From Acidimicrobiia bacterium (GTDB lineage Bacteria; Actinomycetota; Acidimicrobiia; Spongiisociales; JAOTWH01): a stretch of 49,197 nucleotides of DNA. Below are positions 34,097 through 43,004 of the stretch, one piece after another (the first letter of the stretch is position 1; every line of letters begins with the position of its first letter). The translations under genes were made by a program, and so were the position numbers. The notes under the pieces are model-generated. The model saw only the letters and a program-made list of their open reading frames with translations, made no database searches and had not been told where the DNA came from. The stretch covers positions 1-49,197 of the forward strand of contig JAZFSG010000095.1 of NCBI GenBank assembly GCA_036446035.1, read 5' to 3'.

Positions 34097-34129
34097 ATGG
34101 TAGCGGATGAGTGACACGCGTGTAATTCG
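34097..34129 (-). promoter_or_regulatory. Leaderless promoter of the nurA operon with the shared 21-mer
   Basis: Minus strand CGAATTACACGCGTGTCACTC-atccgc-TACCAT, then 7 nt to ATG 34089. Confidence 0.55.
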
Positions 34130-34140
34130 CCCGCTACCAC

Positions 34141-35364
34141 CTAACGCCGCGGTACCACCCGATAGAGCTGGCCCTCGCCGGTCACGATGTAAGGCTCGCC
34201 GCTGCCGTCGGTGCCCACACTCGTGATCTGCCCGAGCGCGCCAAGATCTTCGGACCAGTCCATACGGTCGACGATCACTCCCCCTTCAACCTTGATCGAC
34301 CGCAGCCAGCCGGCGCACCAGTCCGCGTATAGGTAATGCCCGTAGAGCTCCGGAATCTCCTGCCCCAGATACACCGGACCGCCGATGATGGAACACGCAG
34401 GTCCATGGGGGTATGCGAGGTCGGGGCCGGTCAGCCCGTCCATCGAACATGGGACGGACGCCGGCCTGGGGTCGAGCAGTATGTGGACGTAGCACTCGGT
34501 ACCTTCGGTAATGGGCCAGCCGAAGTTGCGTCCAGGCTCCGATAGCTCAACGAGATTGATCTCTTCCCACTTCTCCTGGCCGACATCGGCGATGTAGACG
34601 AGCCTGTCTATCGGGTTGATGAAGAACCGAAACGGGTTACGCAGGCCATAGGCCCACACCTCGGGCGCTCCCCCACCGTCGACGAACGGGTTCCCCGGCG
34701 GGATGGCATAGGGCTCACCATCGTTGACGTCTATCCGCAACAATGTGCCAAGAAGAGTGTTGGAGTCCTGGCCGTTCTCGTACTTGTCGCTGATGCCCCC
34801 TCCGTCACCGAGAGAGAGCCACAGGTAGCCGTCCGGTCCGAAGTGGAGGGTGCCGCCGTTGTGCCATTCCTGGGGTTGATCGACGGCGAGGATGATCTTG
34901 GGCGGCGTCGGGTCGGGAGCGGTGCGAAAGCGGGTCTCGGCGAACTCGACGACGCGGGAGTCCTCCGCGACGTTCGTGTAATAGACGAAGAAGCGACCGT
35001 TGTCGGCGAAGTTGGGGTGGAAGGCAAGGCCGACCATCCCAAGCTCGGGCCCGTCCGAGCTGACCAAGCCACTGAGGTCGAGGTAGGTGCTCCAGTCGCC
35101 ATCGATGCGGACTTTGACAACGCCTCGCTTCTCGATGACGAACAACCGATCGTCGCCGAGCGGGGCGCCAACCCAGGTGAGCTCTTCGAACTGGCCGCTC
35201 AGTTCAGCCGAGAGGCCGAGCAGGGGCGACGCCGCTGGTGGGGGCTCGTCGGGGAGCGGTATCGCAAGGGTCGTGCTGGGCGCCAGCCCGACGGATGTCG
35301 GACTGTCGTCACTGCCGCATGCAGCGACGGCAACCACAAGCACCAACAGCAACGACCATCTCAC
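34141..35364 (-). CDS. PQQ-dependent sugar dehydrogenase (GSDH/YliI family) lipoprotein
   Basis: Lipobox VAAC, GLAFHP.F..NGRFFVYYT, HNGG...FGPDGYL..SLGDGG, WAYGLRNPFRF, DVGQ..WEEIN. Confidence 0.88.
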   Translation of the reverse strand: MRWSLLLVLVVAVAACGSDDSPTSVGLAPSTTLAIPLPDEPPPAASPLLGLSAELSGQFEELTWVGAPLGDDRLFVIEKRGVVKVRIDGDWSTYLDLSGLVSSDGPELGMVGLAFHPNFADNGRFFVYYTNVAEDSRVVEFAETRFRTAPDPTPPKIILAVDQPQEWHNGGTLHFGPDGYLWLSLGDGGGISDKYENGQDSNTLLGTLLRIDVNDGEPYAIPPGNPFVDGGGAPEVWAYGLRNPFRFFINPIDRLVYIADVGQEKWEEINLVELSEPGRNFGWPITEGTECYVHILLDPRPASVPCSMDGLTGPDLAYPHGPACSIIGGPVYLGQEIPELYGHYLYADWCAGWLRSIKVEGGVIVDRMDWSEDLGALGQITSVGTDGSGEPYIVTGEGQLYRVVPRR

Positions 35365-36623
35365 CGCACAGGCACGAACTTGTAGAGATAGCCCTCGGCG
35401 TTCATGGCGTAGATCTCGCCAGCGCCGTCGGTCCCCAGGCTCAGCACCTGGCCCAGCGTGCCGACATCAGGTGTCCAGTCCGTCTGGTCGGCGGCGGTGT
35501 CGCCATCGAGCCGGAAGCTCCGCAAGAAGCCTCCGCACCAATCGCTATAGAAGAAGTGCCCCGCCAACTCGGGGATGGCCTCGCCCCGATAAACAGGCCC
35601 GCCGATGATGGAACAGCCCTCGGCATGATTGAACTCGATGATCGGGCCGGTGAAGTCGCCCTGTTGGCACTCGTCGCCCCCGAGGCAAGCGGTTCCTTCG
35701 AAGATCGGCCAGCCGAAGTTGGTGCCGGCAGCACTCAGGGGAATCACGTCGACCTCTTCCCGGTCGTTCTGACCGACGTCGCCGATGTAGAGCACGTCGC
35801 CATCGATGGAGAACCGCCATGGGTTGCGCAGGCCGTAGGCCCACACCTCGGCAGCGCCGCCGCCGCCGACGAAGGGGTTGTCAGGAGGAACTGCGTAAGG
35901 ATCTGCGGCATCGATGTCGAGCCGGAGGATGGTGCCGAGCAGGGTGTCCGTGCGCTGGCCGTTTCCGAACTGATCGTTGGCACCGCCACCGTCGCCGAGA
36001 CCAACGTAGAGATAGCCATCGGGGCCGAAGGCCAGCATCCCCGCGTTGTGGTTGCTGGCAGGCTGGTTCTCGCCGAGGACGAACTTGGCCGACTCGGGAT
36101 CGGCGCGGTTGGGGTCATCGCTGACCGAGTATTCGACAAGACGAGAGTGTCCCTCGTTGTCCGTGTAGTAGACAAAGAACCGGCCGTTGGCGGCGTAGGA
36201 GGGGTGAAAGGCCAGCCCGAGCAGCCCCTGTTCCAGGTTGCGGGACCCGACAAGGCTGTCGATATCGAGAAACGGTTGGGTCACCAACTCCTCATCAACC
36301 ACAAGACGGATCAGGCCATCCTGTTCCACAACGAACAGTCTGTCGTCCCCACGCGGAGCGACGGCGAACACCGGCTTGTCGAGTTCCCTTGTCACCACGT
36401 CCGCTCCCAGGCTCCGCAGAGGCGGCAGCGTTGTCGAAGGCGCCGTCGTCGGCAGCGACGTCGTAGCTGGCGGATCCGTCGTCGTCGTCCCGGGACCAAC
36501 CGGTGCCGCAGGTCGCGAGGTGGCAACGGCGGTCGTGCCGAGCTGAGGCTCGCCCGGAGCAGCCGCTTCGCTACAGGAAGCCGCGACGAGCGCGAAAACG
36601 ATCAGTGTGGCCAGTCCCCTCAC
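35361..36623 (-). CDS. PQQ-dependent sugar dehydrogenase (GSDH/YliI family) lipoprotein, tandem paralogue
   Basis: Lipobox AASC, Thr/Pro-rich linker, EQGLLGLAFHP, NHNAG..AFGPDGYL, WAYGLRNPWRFS. Confidence 0.88.
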   Translation of the reverse strand: MRGLATLIVFALVAASCSEAAAPGEPQLGTTAVATSRPAAPVGPGTTTTDPPATTSLPTTAPSTTLPPLRSLGADVVTRELDKPVFAVAPRGDDRLFVVEQDGLIRLVVDEELVTQPFLDIDSLVGSRNLEQGLLGLAFHPSYAANGRFFVYYTDNEGHSRLVEYSVSDDPNRADPESAKFVLGENQPASNHNAGMLAFGPDGYLYVGLGDGGGANDQFGNGQRTDTLLGTILRLDIDAADPYAVPPDNPFVGGGGAAEVWAYGLRNPWRFSIDGDVLYIGDVGQNDREEVDVIPLSAAGTNFGWPIFEGTACLGGDECQQGDFTGPIIEFNHAEGCSIIGGPVYRGEAIPELAGHFFYSDWCGGFLRSFRLDGDTAADQTDWTPDVGTLGQVLSLGTDGAGEIYAMNAEGYLYKFVPVR

Positions 36624-36703
36624 GGCGCGCAGGCTATCTACGGAAGGCAACCAGACAACGCCCGCCACTTCGATCTCTGCCGCTCAGCACTACCGTCCCG
36701 CCG

Positions 36704-37588
36704 ATGCTCCCCCGCGCTGCCGTCGCCTTCCTACTTGTCCTGGCCGCCTGTACCTCGGCACCGGAGCCGGCTACATCCGTTCCTGGATCTGTTGCGGACG
36801 CTGTTGTTGACAGTGTCGACGACTCCTTCGTTCCCCCAGAGCTTCCCAGCGCCGGAACGCCAATCGCGGCCACCGTCACCCGGGTTCACGACGGCGACTC
36901 CATGGACGTCACGATCGATGGCCAACCGGACGAGGTTCGACTGCTGGGTATCAATGCCCCCGAGGGTGACGAGTGCCTCGGGGATGCCGCTCGCGCCGCG
37001 ATGATCGAGGCCGTTGCCGGTAAAGAGGTAATGCTGTTCGGCGCCGAGCGCGATCAGTTCGGGCGTTTGTTGGCCTTGATGGAGGTCGGCGGCAGTCCGG
37101 TTGGGTGGCTAGCCGTGCGCCGAGGTCTGGCATTCGCCCTCACTGTCGACCACCCACGCCTCGGTGCATACGGCCAGGCCGAAGACGATGCCTTCGTCGA
37201 CGGGCTTGGCATCTGGGCCCTCGACGCCTGCGGACCGCAGAGGCCCGAGATCGTCGGTATCACCAAGGTCGAGTGGGATCCCCCGGGACGCGATTCCGAC
37301 AACCTCAACGGCGAGTTCGTTCGCCTGGAGACAGAGGGCGAGCCCTTCGACCTCGGGGGCTGGGTGCTCCGCGACGAATCGACGAGGTGGCGCTTCGAGT
37401 TCCCAAGGGGCTTCATGCTCGGCGGCGATGTCACCGTCTACACCGGCTGCGGCGAAGGTGACACCGACGAGCTCTATTGGTGCGCAACGGACCCGCTGTG
37501 GAACAACTTCGGCGACACCGCCATGCTGCTGGACGATTCGGGCAACGTCGTCGCCAGAGTCAGCTACGGGCCGAAAGCGGAGCGCTAG
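36704..37588 (+). CDS. Lipoprotein with thermonuclease (SNase) and lamin-tail domains
   Basis: LAAC lipobox, VHDGDS, VRLLGINAPE, DQFGRLLA; C-terminal NGEFV.L...DLGGW.LRDE...WNN.GD.A.L.D..G.VV. Confidence 0.85.
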   Translation: MLPRAAVAFLLVLAACTSAPEPATSVPGSVADAVVDSVDDSFVPPELPSAGTPIAATVTRVHDGDSMDVTIDGQPDEVRLLGINAPEGDECLGDAARAAMIEAVAGKEVMLFGAERDQFGRLLALMEVGGSPVGWLAVRRGLAFALTVDHPRLGAYGQAEDDAFVDGLGIWALDACGPQRPEIVGITKVEWDPPGRDSDNLNGEFVRLETEGEPFDLGGWVLRDESTRWRFEFPRGFMLGGDVTVYTGCGEGDTDELYWCATDPLWNNFGDTAMLLDDSGNVVARVSYGPKAER

Positions 37589-37648
37589 ATAGTCAGCCAG
37601 GGATCGGAAGTTCCTACACTCGCACCTCGTTGCCAAAGGAGTCAACCC

Positions 37649-38236
37649 GTGGATCTCAAAGACCAACTCGATGCGGCCATCGAGCCGTGGAACCTGCTCG
37701 ACCATCCCTTCTATCAGGCCTGGAACGCGGGAACCCTTCCGATGGAGGCGCTGAAGACCTATGCCGCGGAGTACGGGACCTTCATCGCAGGCATCGACGC
37801 TGGTTGGGAACAGGTCGGCAACTCCGAGCACGCCGCCGAAGAGCGCGAGCACGCCGACCTATGGCGCCAGTTCGCGGCAACTCTCGGCACAGACATCTCG
37901 AATCCGAAGATCCCGCAGGTGCAGACGCTCCTGAACACGGCGCAGCAGCTCTTCTCGGAACCGGCGACTGCCTGGGGGGCGCTCTATGCCTTCGAAGCCC
38001 AGCAGCCACAGACGGCCGCGACGAAACTCGTCGGCCTCGACACCCACTATCAGGTGGCGGAGCCGGCACGGACCTACTTCCAGGTACACGCCGGCGACCT
38101 CTACGAGGCCGACATGATCGTCGACGAACTTCAGAGCGTCGACGATGTGACCGGACAGACCGCGGTGGCGGCATGCGCCAAAATGTCCGAAGCGTTGTGG
38201 GATTCTCTCACCGGTATCCACGACCAACACAAATAG
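37649..38236 (+). CDS. CADD/PqqC/TenA-like heme-oxygenase-fold redox protein
   Basis: LLDHPFYQAW.AG.L....LK.YA.EY, EE..H..LW..FA, GALYAFE.Q, YF.VH; AAGGAG RBS. Confidence 0.78.
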   Translation: MDLKDQLDAAIEPWNLLDHPFYQAWNAGTLPMEALKTYAAEYGTFIAGIDAGWEQVGNSEHAAEEREHADLWRQFAATLGTDISNPKIPQVQTLLNTAQQLFSEPATAWGALYAFEAQQPQTAATKLVGLDTHYQVAEPARTYFQVHAGDLYEADMIVDELQSVDDVTGQTAVAACAKMSEALWDSLTGIHDQHK

Positions 38237-38311
38237 CCATCTGCGGCGGCAGGGTCAGCTGCGGAGTCCGAAACCGATCAGTCCGAACGCGATGATCCAC
38301 CGTGTGCACCC

Positions 38312-39859
38312 CTAGATCTTCTCGGCCACCGTCTTCGTCTCCATGAAGAGACGCATGTAGTCAGGACCACCCGCTTTGGCGTTGGAGCCAGACATGTTGA
38401 AGCCTCCAAATGGCTGCACGCCAACAAGGGCGCCTGTGATCTTGCGGTTGAGGTAGAGGTTGCCGGCGTGTAGCCGCCGCGCCGCGTCGTCGAGCCGAGT
38501 GCGGTCGGTCGAGAACAACCCGCCGGTGAGTCCGAACTCGGTGCCGTTGAATATGTCGACCGCTTCCTCGTAGTCCTTGGCGCGGATCACCGAAAGCACC
38601 GGGCCGAAGATCTCGTGTTGGGCGAGGCGGGCGGTAGGAGCGACATCGGCGAAAATCGTTGGCTGGATGTAGTAGCCACCGTCTTCCTCGATGGCACTAC
38701 CTCCGGCGACCAGCTTGGCCTCGGACTTGCCCAACTCGATCTCGGACATGATCGACCGGTGCTGACCGGCTGTGATCACGGCGCCCACCGGTGTGTTGTC
38801 CTCTGCGGGGCCGACGTCGAGCTCGTTGGTGAGAGCCACGACCCTCTTCAGCAACTCGTCGTGGACCGCGTCCACTGCGATGAGCCGGGAGCATGCCGAG
38901 CACTTCTGGCCCTGGAATCCGAACGCTGCCCTCACGACGGCAGCAGCAGCCTCGTCGAGGTCGGCCGTCTCGTCGACGATCATGGCGTCCTTGCCGCCCA
39001 TCTCCATGTAGGCCCGCTTCAACCACTTCTGGCCGGGCTGCACCACAGCGGCGCGCTCCGCGATACGCAGGCCGATCTCCTTGGAGCCGGTGAAGTTGAT
39101 GAAGCGCGTGCGCGGGTGGTCAACCAGGACATCCCCTACCTCGTCCCCCGACCCGGGAACGAAGTTGACGACGCCGTCGGGCATGCCGGCCTCGGCCAAC
39201 AGCTCCATGAACTTGTAGGCGATGATCGGAGTCGCCGATGCCGGCTTCAGCACCATGGTGTTGCCGGCCGCAACCGGGCCCATCACCATTCCGACCGGGA
39301 TCGCCAACGGGAAGTTCCACGGGGGAATCGCCACCCCCGCCCCCATCGCCTGCAGCTTCGTGGTGTTGGTCTCCCCCGGGACGTCGTAGGTCTTGACCGG
39401 TTCATCGAGGATCAGCGCTTGGCGGGCGTAGTAGTCGACGAAGTCGATGGCCTCGGCGACGTCGGCTTCGGCCTCCCCCCAGTTCTTCGAGGCCTCTAGC
39501 GTCTCCCACGCCGCCAACTCGTACTTGCGTTCGCGCATCAGGTTGGCCACCGCCATCAACATGTCCGACCGCTCCTTGGCGGAGAGGGAAGACCAGTGGG
39601 GATAGGCAGCCCAGGCGGCGTCGACGGCCTGCTTGGCATGCTCCGGCGTCGCCTTGGCCGCGGTGCCGATGACCTCATCCGGCTTGGCGGGATTGACGCT
39701 CTCGATGCGACTATCGGTGTCAACTTCCTCGCCGCCGATAACGAGCGACGCATGGATGCCCAGCTGCGACCGCACCCCGGCGATGGCTAGCTCGTAGGCG
39801 GCCTTGGCGGCGGGATCGGAGAAGTCGGAGTAAGGCTCGGGGCGGTAGTCGTCTGTCAT
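38312..39859 (-). CDS. pruA: 1-pyrroline-5-carboxylate (glutamate gamma-semialdehyde) dehydrogenase
   Basis: EA.ADVAEAIDF..YYA, IPPWNFPLAI, FTGS.EIG, EMGGKD, AFGFQGQKCSACSR, EIFGPV, GNLYLNR.ITGA.VG.QPFGG; GGAGG RBS. Confidence 0.93.
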   Translation of the reverse strand: MTDDYRPEPYSDFSDPAAKAAYELAIAGVRSQLGIHASLVIGGEEVDTDSRIESVNPAKPDEVIGTAAKATPEHAKQAVDAAWAAYPHWSSLSAKERSDMLMAVANLMRERKYELAAWETLEASKNWGEAEADVAEAIDFVDYYARQALILDEPVKTYDVPGETNTTKLQAMGAGVAIPPWNFPLAIPVGMVMGPVAAGNTMVLKPASATPIIAYKFMELLAEAGMPDGVVNFVPGSGDEVGDVLVDHPRTRFINFTGSKEIGLRIAERAAVVQPGQKWLKRAYMEMGGKDAMIVDETADLDEAAAAVVRAAFGFQGQKCSACSRLIAVDAVHDELLKRVVALTNELDVGPAEDNTPVGAVITAGQHRSIMSEIELGKSEAKLVAGGSAIEEDGGYYIQPTIFADVAPTARLAQHEIFGPVLSVIRAKDYEEAVDIFNGTEFGLTGGLFSTDRTRLDDAARRLHAGNLYLNRKITGALVGVQPFGGFNMSGSNAKAGGPDYMRLFMETKTVAEKI

Positions 39860-39939
39860 GATTCCTCCTGTAGGCGCCAAGTGTCACAACAGGATGCCCC
39901 GAACTAGGGTTCCAGCCAATAGGAGGCAGGTCAAATCCG

Positions 39940-40638
39940 ATGTCGCTGTGGGCTGAAGACCAGCATCGAGCGCTGCTGAAAGCGGCCAAGGCTGCCGCGG
40001 ATGCCCCCTACCGCAAGGGTGCTCCGGCCATCCTGAAGACGCCGCGCCGGGTTCTCGGCACCCGCGTTCCCAGGCTGGCGGCCATCGCCAAGCGTTGGGC
40101 GAAGGAGAACGCCGATGCCCCCTCGCTCGACCGACGCAAGCTCATCCTTTCGCTGTGGGCCGGCCCCACCCGCGAGGAGCAGCTGCTGGCCTTGCGGGTG
40201 TTGGCAACCCTCGGGGAGCTAACCGAGTGGCGCGACTTCGCACTGCTACGCGCGGGGCTCGACTCCTGGGAGCCAACCGACCACATGGCCCACCTCGTCG
40301 CCGACTTCATCGAGCGCGACCCCGAGCACAGGAGCCACCACGTCGCCGACCTTGCGGCCTCAGACCACCTGTGGACCATTCGCCTCGGGGTGGTGACGCT
40401 TTCCCAGCTCAATCGCCGCGGTCTGGGCAAGGACCTCACCACCGAGGTCATCGACCAAGTTCGCCACCATCGCGATCCCATGATCACCAAAGCGGTGTCG
40501 TGGGCGCTGCGCGAGTTCGCTGCCAGATGGCCAGGGCCGACTCGTAGCTATCTCAAGGCACGCGGCGACCAGCTCCCCGCCATCGCGGTCAGGGAGACCC
40601 GCAACAAACTGACTACCGGGAAGAAGTCCGGCCAGTAG
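39940..40638 (+). CDS. DNA alkylation repair protein (AlkD-like HEAT-repeat glycosylase family)
   Basis: LG.RVP.L, LW....REE, DSW...D, LWTIR, MI.KAVSWALRE. Confidence 0.78.
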   Translation: MSLWAEDQHRALLKAAKAAADAPYRKGAPAILKTPRRVLGTRVPRLAAIAKRWAKENADAPSLDRRKLILSLWAGPTREEQLLALRVLATLGELTEWRDFALLRAGLDSWEPTDHMAHLVADFIERDPEHRSHHVADLAASDHLWTIRLGVVTLSQLNRRGLGKDLTTEVIDQVRHHRDPMITKAVSWALREFAARWPGPTRSYLKARGDQLPAIAVRETRNKLTTGKKSGQ

Positions 40639-41888
40639 TGGATCACCACCGCATGACACCGGCGGCCGAGTGGCAGCCGAGGACCCGCAGCGTCGCCGCC
40701 TGGGCGATCTACGACTTAGCCAATACCATCTTCGCCCTCGGGGTCGGCAGCCTCTACTTCGCCGAGTGGCTCACAGACAACGACACGCCGGACCTGGCGC
40801 TAGCAGTCGCCATCAACGCAGCCATGATCGTGGTCATCGTCCTCGGGCCGTGGATCGGTGCCCGCAGCGACCACCGAGGTAGGCGGCGCCCCTACCTGCT
40901 GCCGGCGACGTTGCTCGCAGTGGTTCCGACCTTCTTCCTGGCGACCCCCGGCGTGACCGGATCGCTGGTGCTGTTCTCGATCGCACTCATCGGCTTCAAC
41001 CTGGGTTCAGTGGTATACGACTCCATGCTCCCCGATGTCTCGACGCCACAGAACAGGGGATTTGTCTCCGGCATGGGCGTCGCGGTCGGGTACATCGGTT
41101 CGTTCATCGCGGTCGCCGTCGGCCTGTTGTTTCTCGACAGCCTCGGCCACTCCGGGGTGTTCAAGATCATCGCCGTCCTGTTCGTGCTGTTCGCCCTCCC
41201 TACCTTCTTCCTTGTCGAAGAGCGGCCCAAGGCGCGCCAGGACGGTCCGGCGCCGAGCCTCGCCAGCAGCGTGCGACGCTTGGTCAACGCCTGGCGACGC
41301 ACCCGCCACTACGAGGGAGTGACCCGTTTCCTGATAGGGCGTTTCTTCTACACGGACGCCGTCAACACCCTCATTGGGGGTTTCCTGACGATCTTCGTCA
41401 TCGAGGAACTTGGTTTCACTGACACCGAGGTGCAGATGCTGCTCGGAATGGCCATCGTTGGGGCGATGGCCGGTGCGTGGTTCGGTGGTCGGCTCGTCGA
41501 CCTCTCGGGTCCCCGTCGGCTACTGCACATCGCGATCCACACCTGGATCGTTGCCATCGGCCTTGGCATCGTGGCGGCGGAAGCCGACTTGGTATGGCTG
41601 GCATGGATTCTCGGAGCAATCGGTGGCCTGGCGCTGGGCGCCACCTGGACTGCGGATCGGGTGTACATGGCACGCATCTCTCCCCCTGAGCAGCTCGGTG
41701 AGTTCTACGGCCTCTATGCCACCGTCGGCCGCTTCGCCACCATCCTCGGGCCGCTGGTATGGGGCCTGCTCGTCACCGTCCTGGGACTCTCCCGATCGTG
41801 GGCGATGGGGGCGCTGATCGTGTTCCTGGTCATCGGGCGCGTCATCCTCGAAGGAGTCAACGACGAGGTGCGCGCCTGGGGGGCGTAG
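40638..41888 (+). CDS. MFS transporter (UMF1/Atg22-like)
   Basis: AWAIYDLANT.F, YDSMLP, G.VSG.G..VGY.G, FFY.DAVNT, GEFYGLY...GR...ILGP; about 12 TM. Confidence 0.87.
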   Translation: MDHHRMTPAAEWQPRTRSVAAWAIYDLANTIFALGVGSLYFAEWLTDNDTPDLALAVAINAAMIVVIVLGPWIGARSDHRGRRRPYLLPATLLAVVPTFFLATPGVTGSLVLFSIALIGFNLGSVVYDSMLPDVSTPQNRGFVSGMGVAVGYIGSFIAVAVGLLFLDSLGHSGVFKIIAVLFVLFALPTFFLVEERPKARQDGPAPSLASSVRRLVNAWRRTRHYEGVTRFLIGRFFYTDAVNTLIGGFLTIFVIEELGFTDTEVQMLLGMAIVGAMAGAWFGGRLVDLSGPRRLLHIAIHTWIVAIGLGIVAAEADLVWLAWILGAIGGLALGATWTADRVYMARISPPEQLGEFYGLYATVGRFATILGPLVWGLLVTVLGLSRSWAMGALIVFLVIGRVILEGVNDEVRAWGA

Positions 41889-41926
41889 CGGACCTACCGT
41901 CATCGAACGCCCACCCGAGGAGACCC

Positions 41927-42328
41927 ATGCGCCGCATCGCCCTGTTGTTCGTCATCGCCCTCGTCGCAGCGGCGTGCGGCGACTCCGCCGGCGGTGCCGA
42001 CTCCGACCGGTTCTGTGCACTCGTTGCCCAGCTCGAGGACTCCCCGAACCCTGCGGGCATGACACCGACCGAGGCGCTCGAGGTCATCAAGGAGACCCAA
42101 CGGAACCTCGATGAACTGGTCAGGGTGGCCCCCACCGACATCAAGGGGGACGTCGATACTCTCGCCGAGATCTCACAAAAGATCAACGAGCTCCTGATCG
42201 ACGCCGGCGGTGACGATTCCCAGGTTGACGAGGCGGCCATGGAGCTGATCTTCAACGAGGTCTTCACCGAGGAGTTCGGTGGCGCCGGCGACCGGGTCGA
42301 CGACTGGACCGATTCCAACTGCTCCTAG
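41927..42328 (+). CDS. Hypothetical lipoprotein
   Basis: MRRIALLFVIALVAAAC lipobox; GAGGAG RBS; Cys pair FC...NC. Confidence 0.75.
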   Translation: MRRIALLFVIALVAAACGDSAGGADSDRFCALVAQLEDSPNPAGMTPTEALEVIKETQRNLDELVRVAPTDIKGDVDTLAEISQKINELLIDAGGDDSQVDEAAMELIFNEVFTEEFGGAGDRVDDWTDSNCS

Positions 42329-42331
42329 GTA

Positions 42332-42967
42332 TCAGCTGCCGCGGCCAGGCCGCAACAACTCCAACACCTCCGCGTCGGTGGTCTGCGTGAAATCGCGGTA
42401 CCACTGGCCGACGGCCATGAAGGTCATCGGCTGGAGCGGGCACTCGACTTCGTCTGCCAGGGATTCGAGCTCACGAATGGTCGACGGTGGACCGCACGGC
42501 ACTGCGCACACCAAGGTCGACGGCTGCTGCCGCCGCACTTCCGTCAACACAGCCTTCATGGTGGCGCCGGTGGCGACACCGTCGTCGACAACGATGACCG
42601 TCTCGCCTGCGATGTGCGGGGGTGGTGTGTCGCCCCTGTAGGCCGCAAGACGCCTTAGGGCCTCAGCAGTCTCTCTCTGCACGGCCGCGGCAACGGTGGC
42701 GTCGTCGACGCCGAGCGCGTTGATGATCGAGTCATCCAACAGCGGTACGCCATCAACGCCGACAGCACCCATGGCGAGCTCGGGGTTGGACGGTGAGCCG
42801 ACCTTGCGGGCGATCGCTATGTCGAGGCGACCGCTGAGCGCCTCAGCGACGACGGCCGCTACCACAACCCCACCGCGGGGTATCCCCAGGACCAGAGCCC
42901 CTCGGTGGTGCGCCAGCGCTGCTGCAAGCACCACTCCGGCGTCGCGACGATCGGTGAAGCCATTCAC
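42332..42967 (-). CDS. Phosphoribosyltransferase family protein
   Basis: F.DRRDAG..LA, LGIPRGGV, RKVG.P.NPELA.GA, PRPP-binding VIVVDDGVATGAT, AVGQWY.DF.QTTD.EV. Confidence 0.88.
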   Translation of the reverse strand: MNGFTDRRDAGVVLAAALAHHRGALVLGIPRGGVVVAAVVAEALSGRLDIAIARKVGSPSNPELAMGAVGVDGVPLLDDSIINALGVDDATVAAAVQRETAEALRRLAAYRGDTPPPHIAGETVIVVDDGVATGATMKAVLTEVRRQQPSTLVCAVPCGPPSTIRELESLADEVECPLQPMTFMAVGQWYRDFTQTTDAEVLELLRPGRGS

Positions 42968-43004
42968 CCAGAAAGCGTACAGACGGCAGCGGTAGCCTCT
43001 GAGG

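Noticed and set aside
35238-37004. 588-aa plus-strand ORF
   Set aside because: Antisense shadow of the GSDH gene; no domain signature.
39882-39905. TGTCAC upstream of the AlkD-like gene as a PafBC-type promoter
   Set aside because: No TAnnnT at the 10-nt (or 8-nt) spacing.
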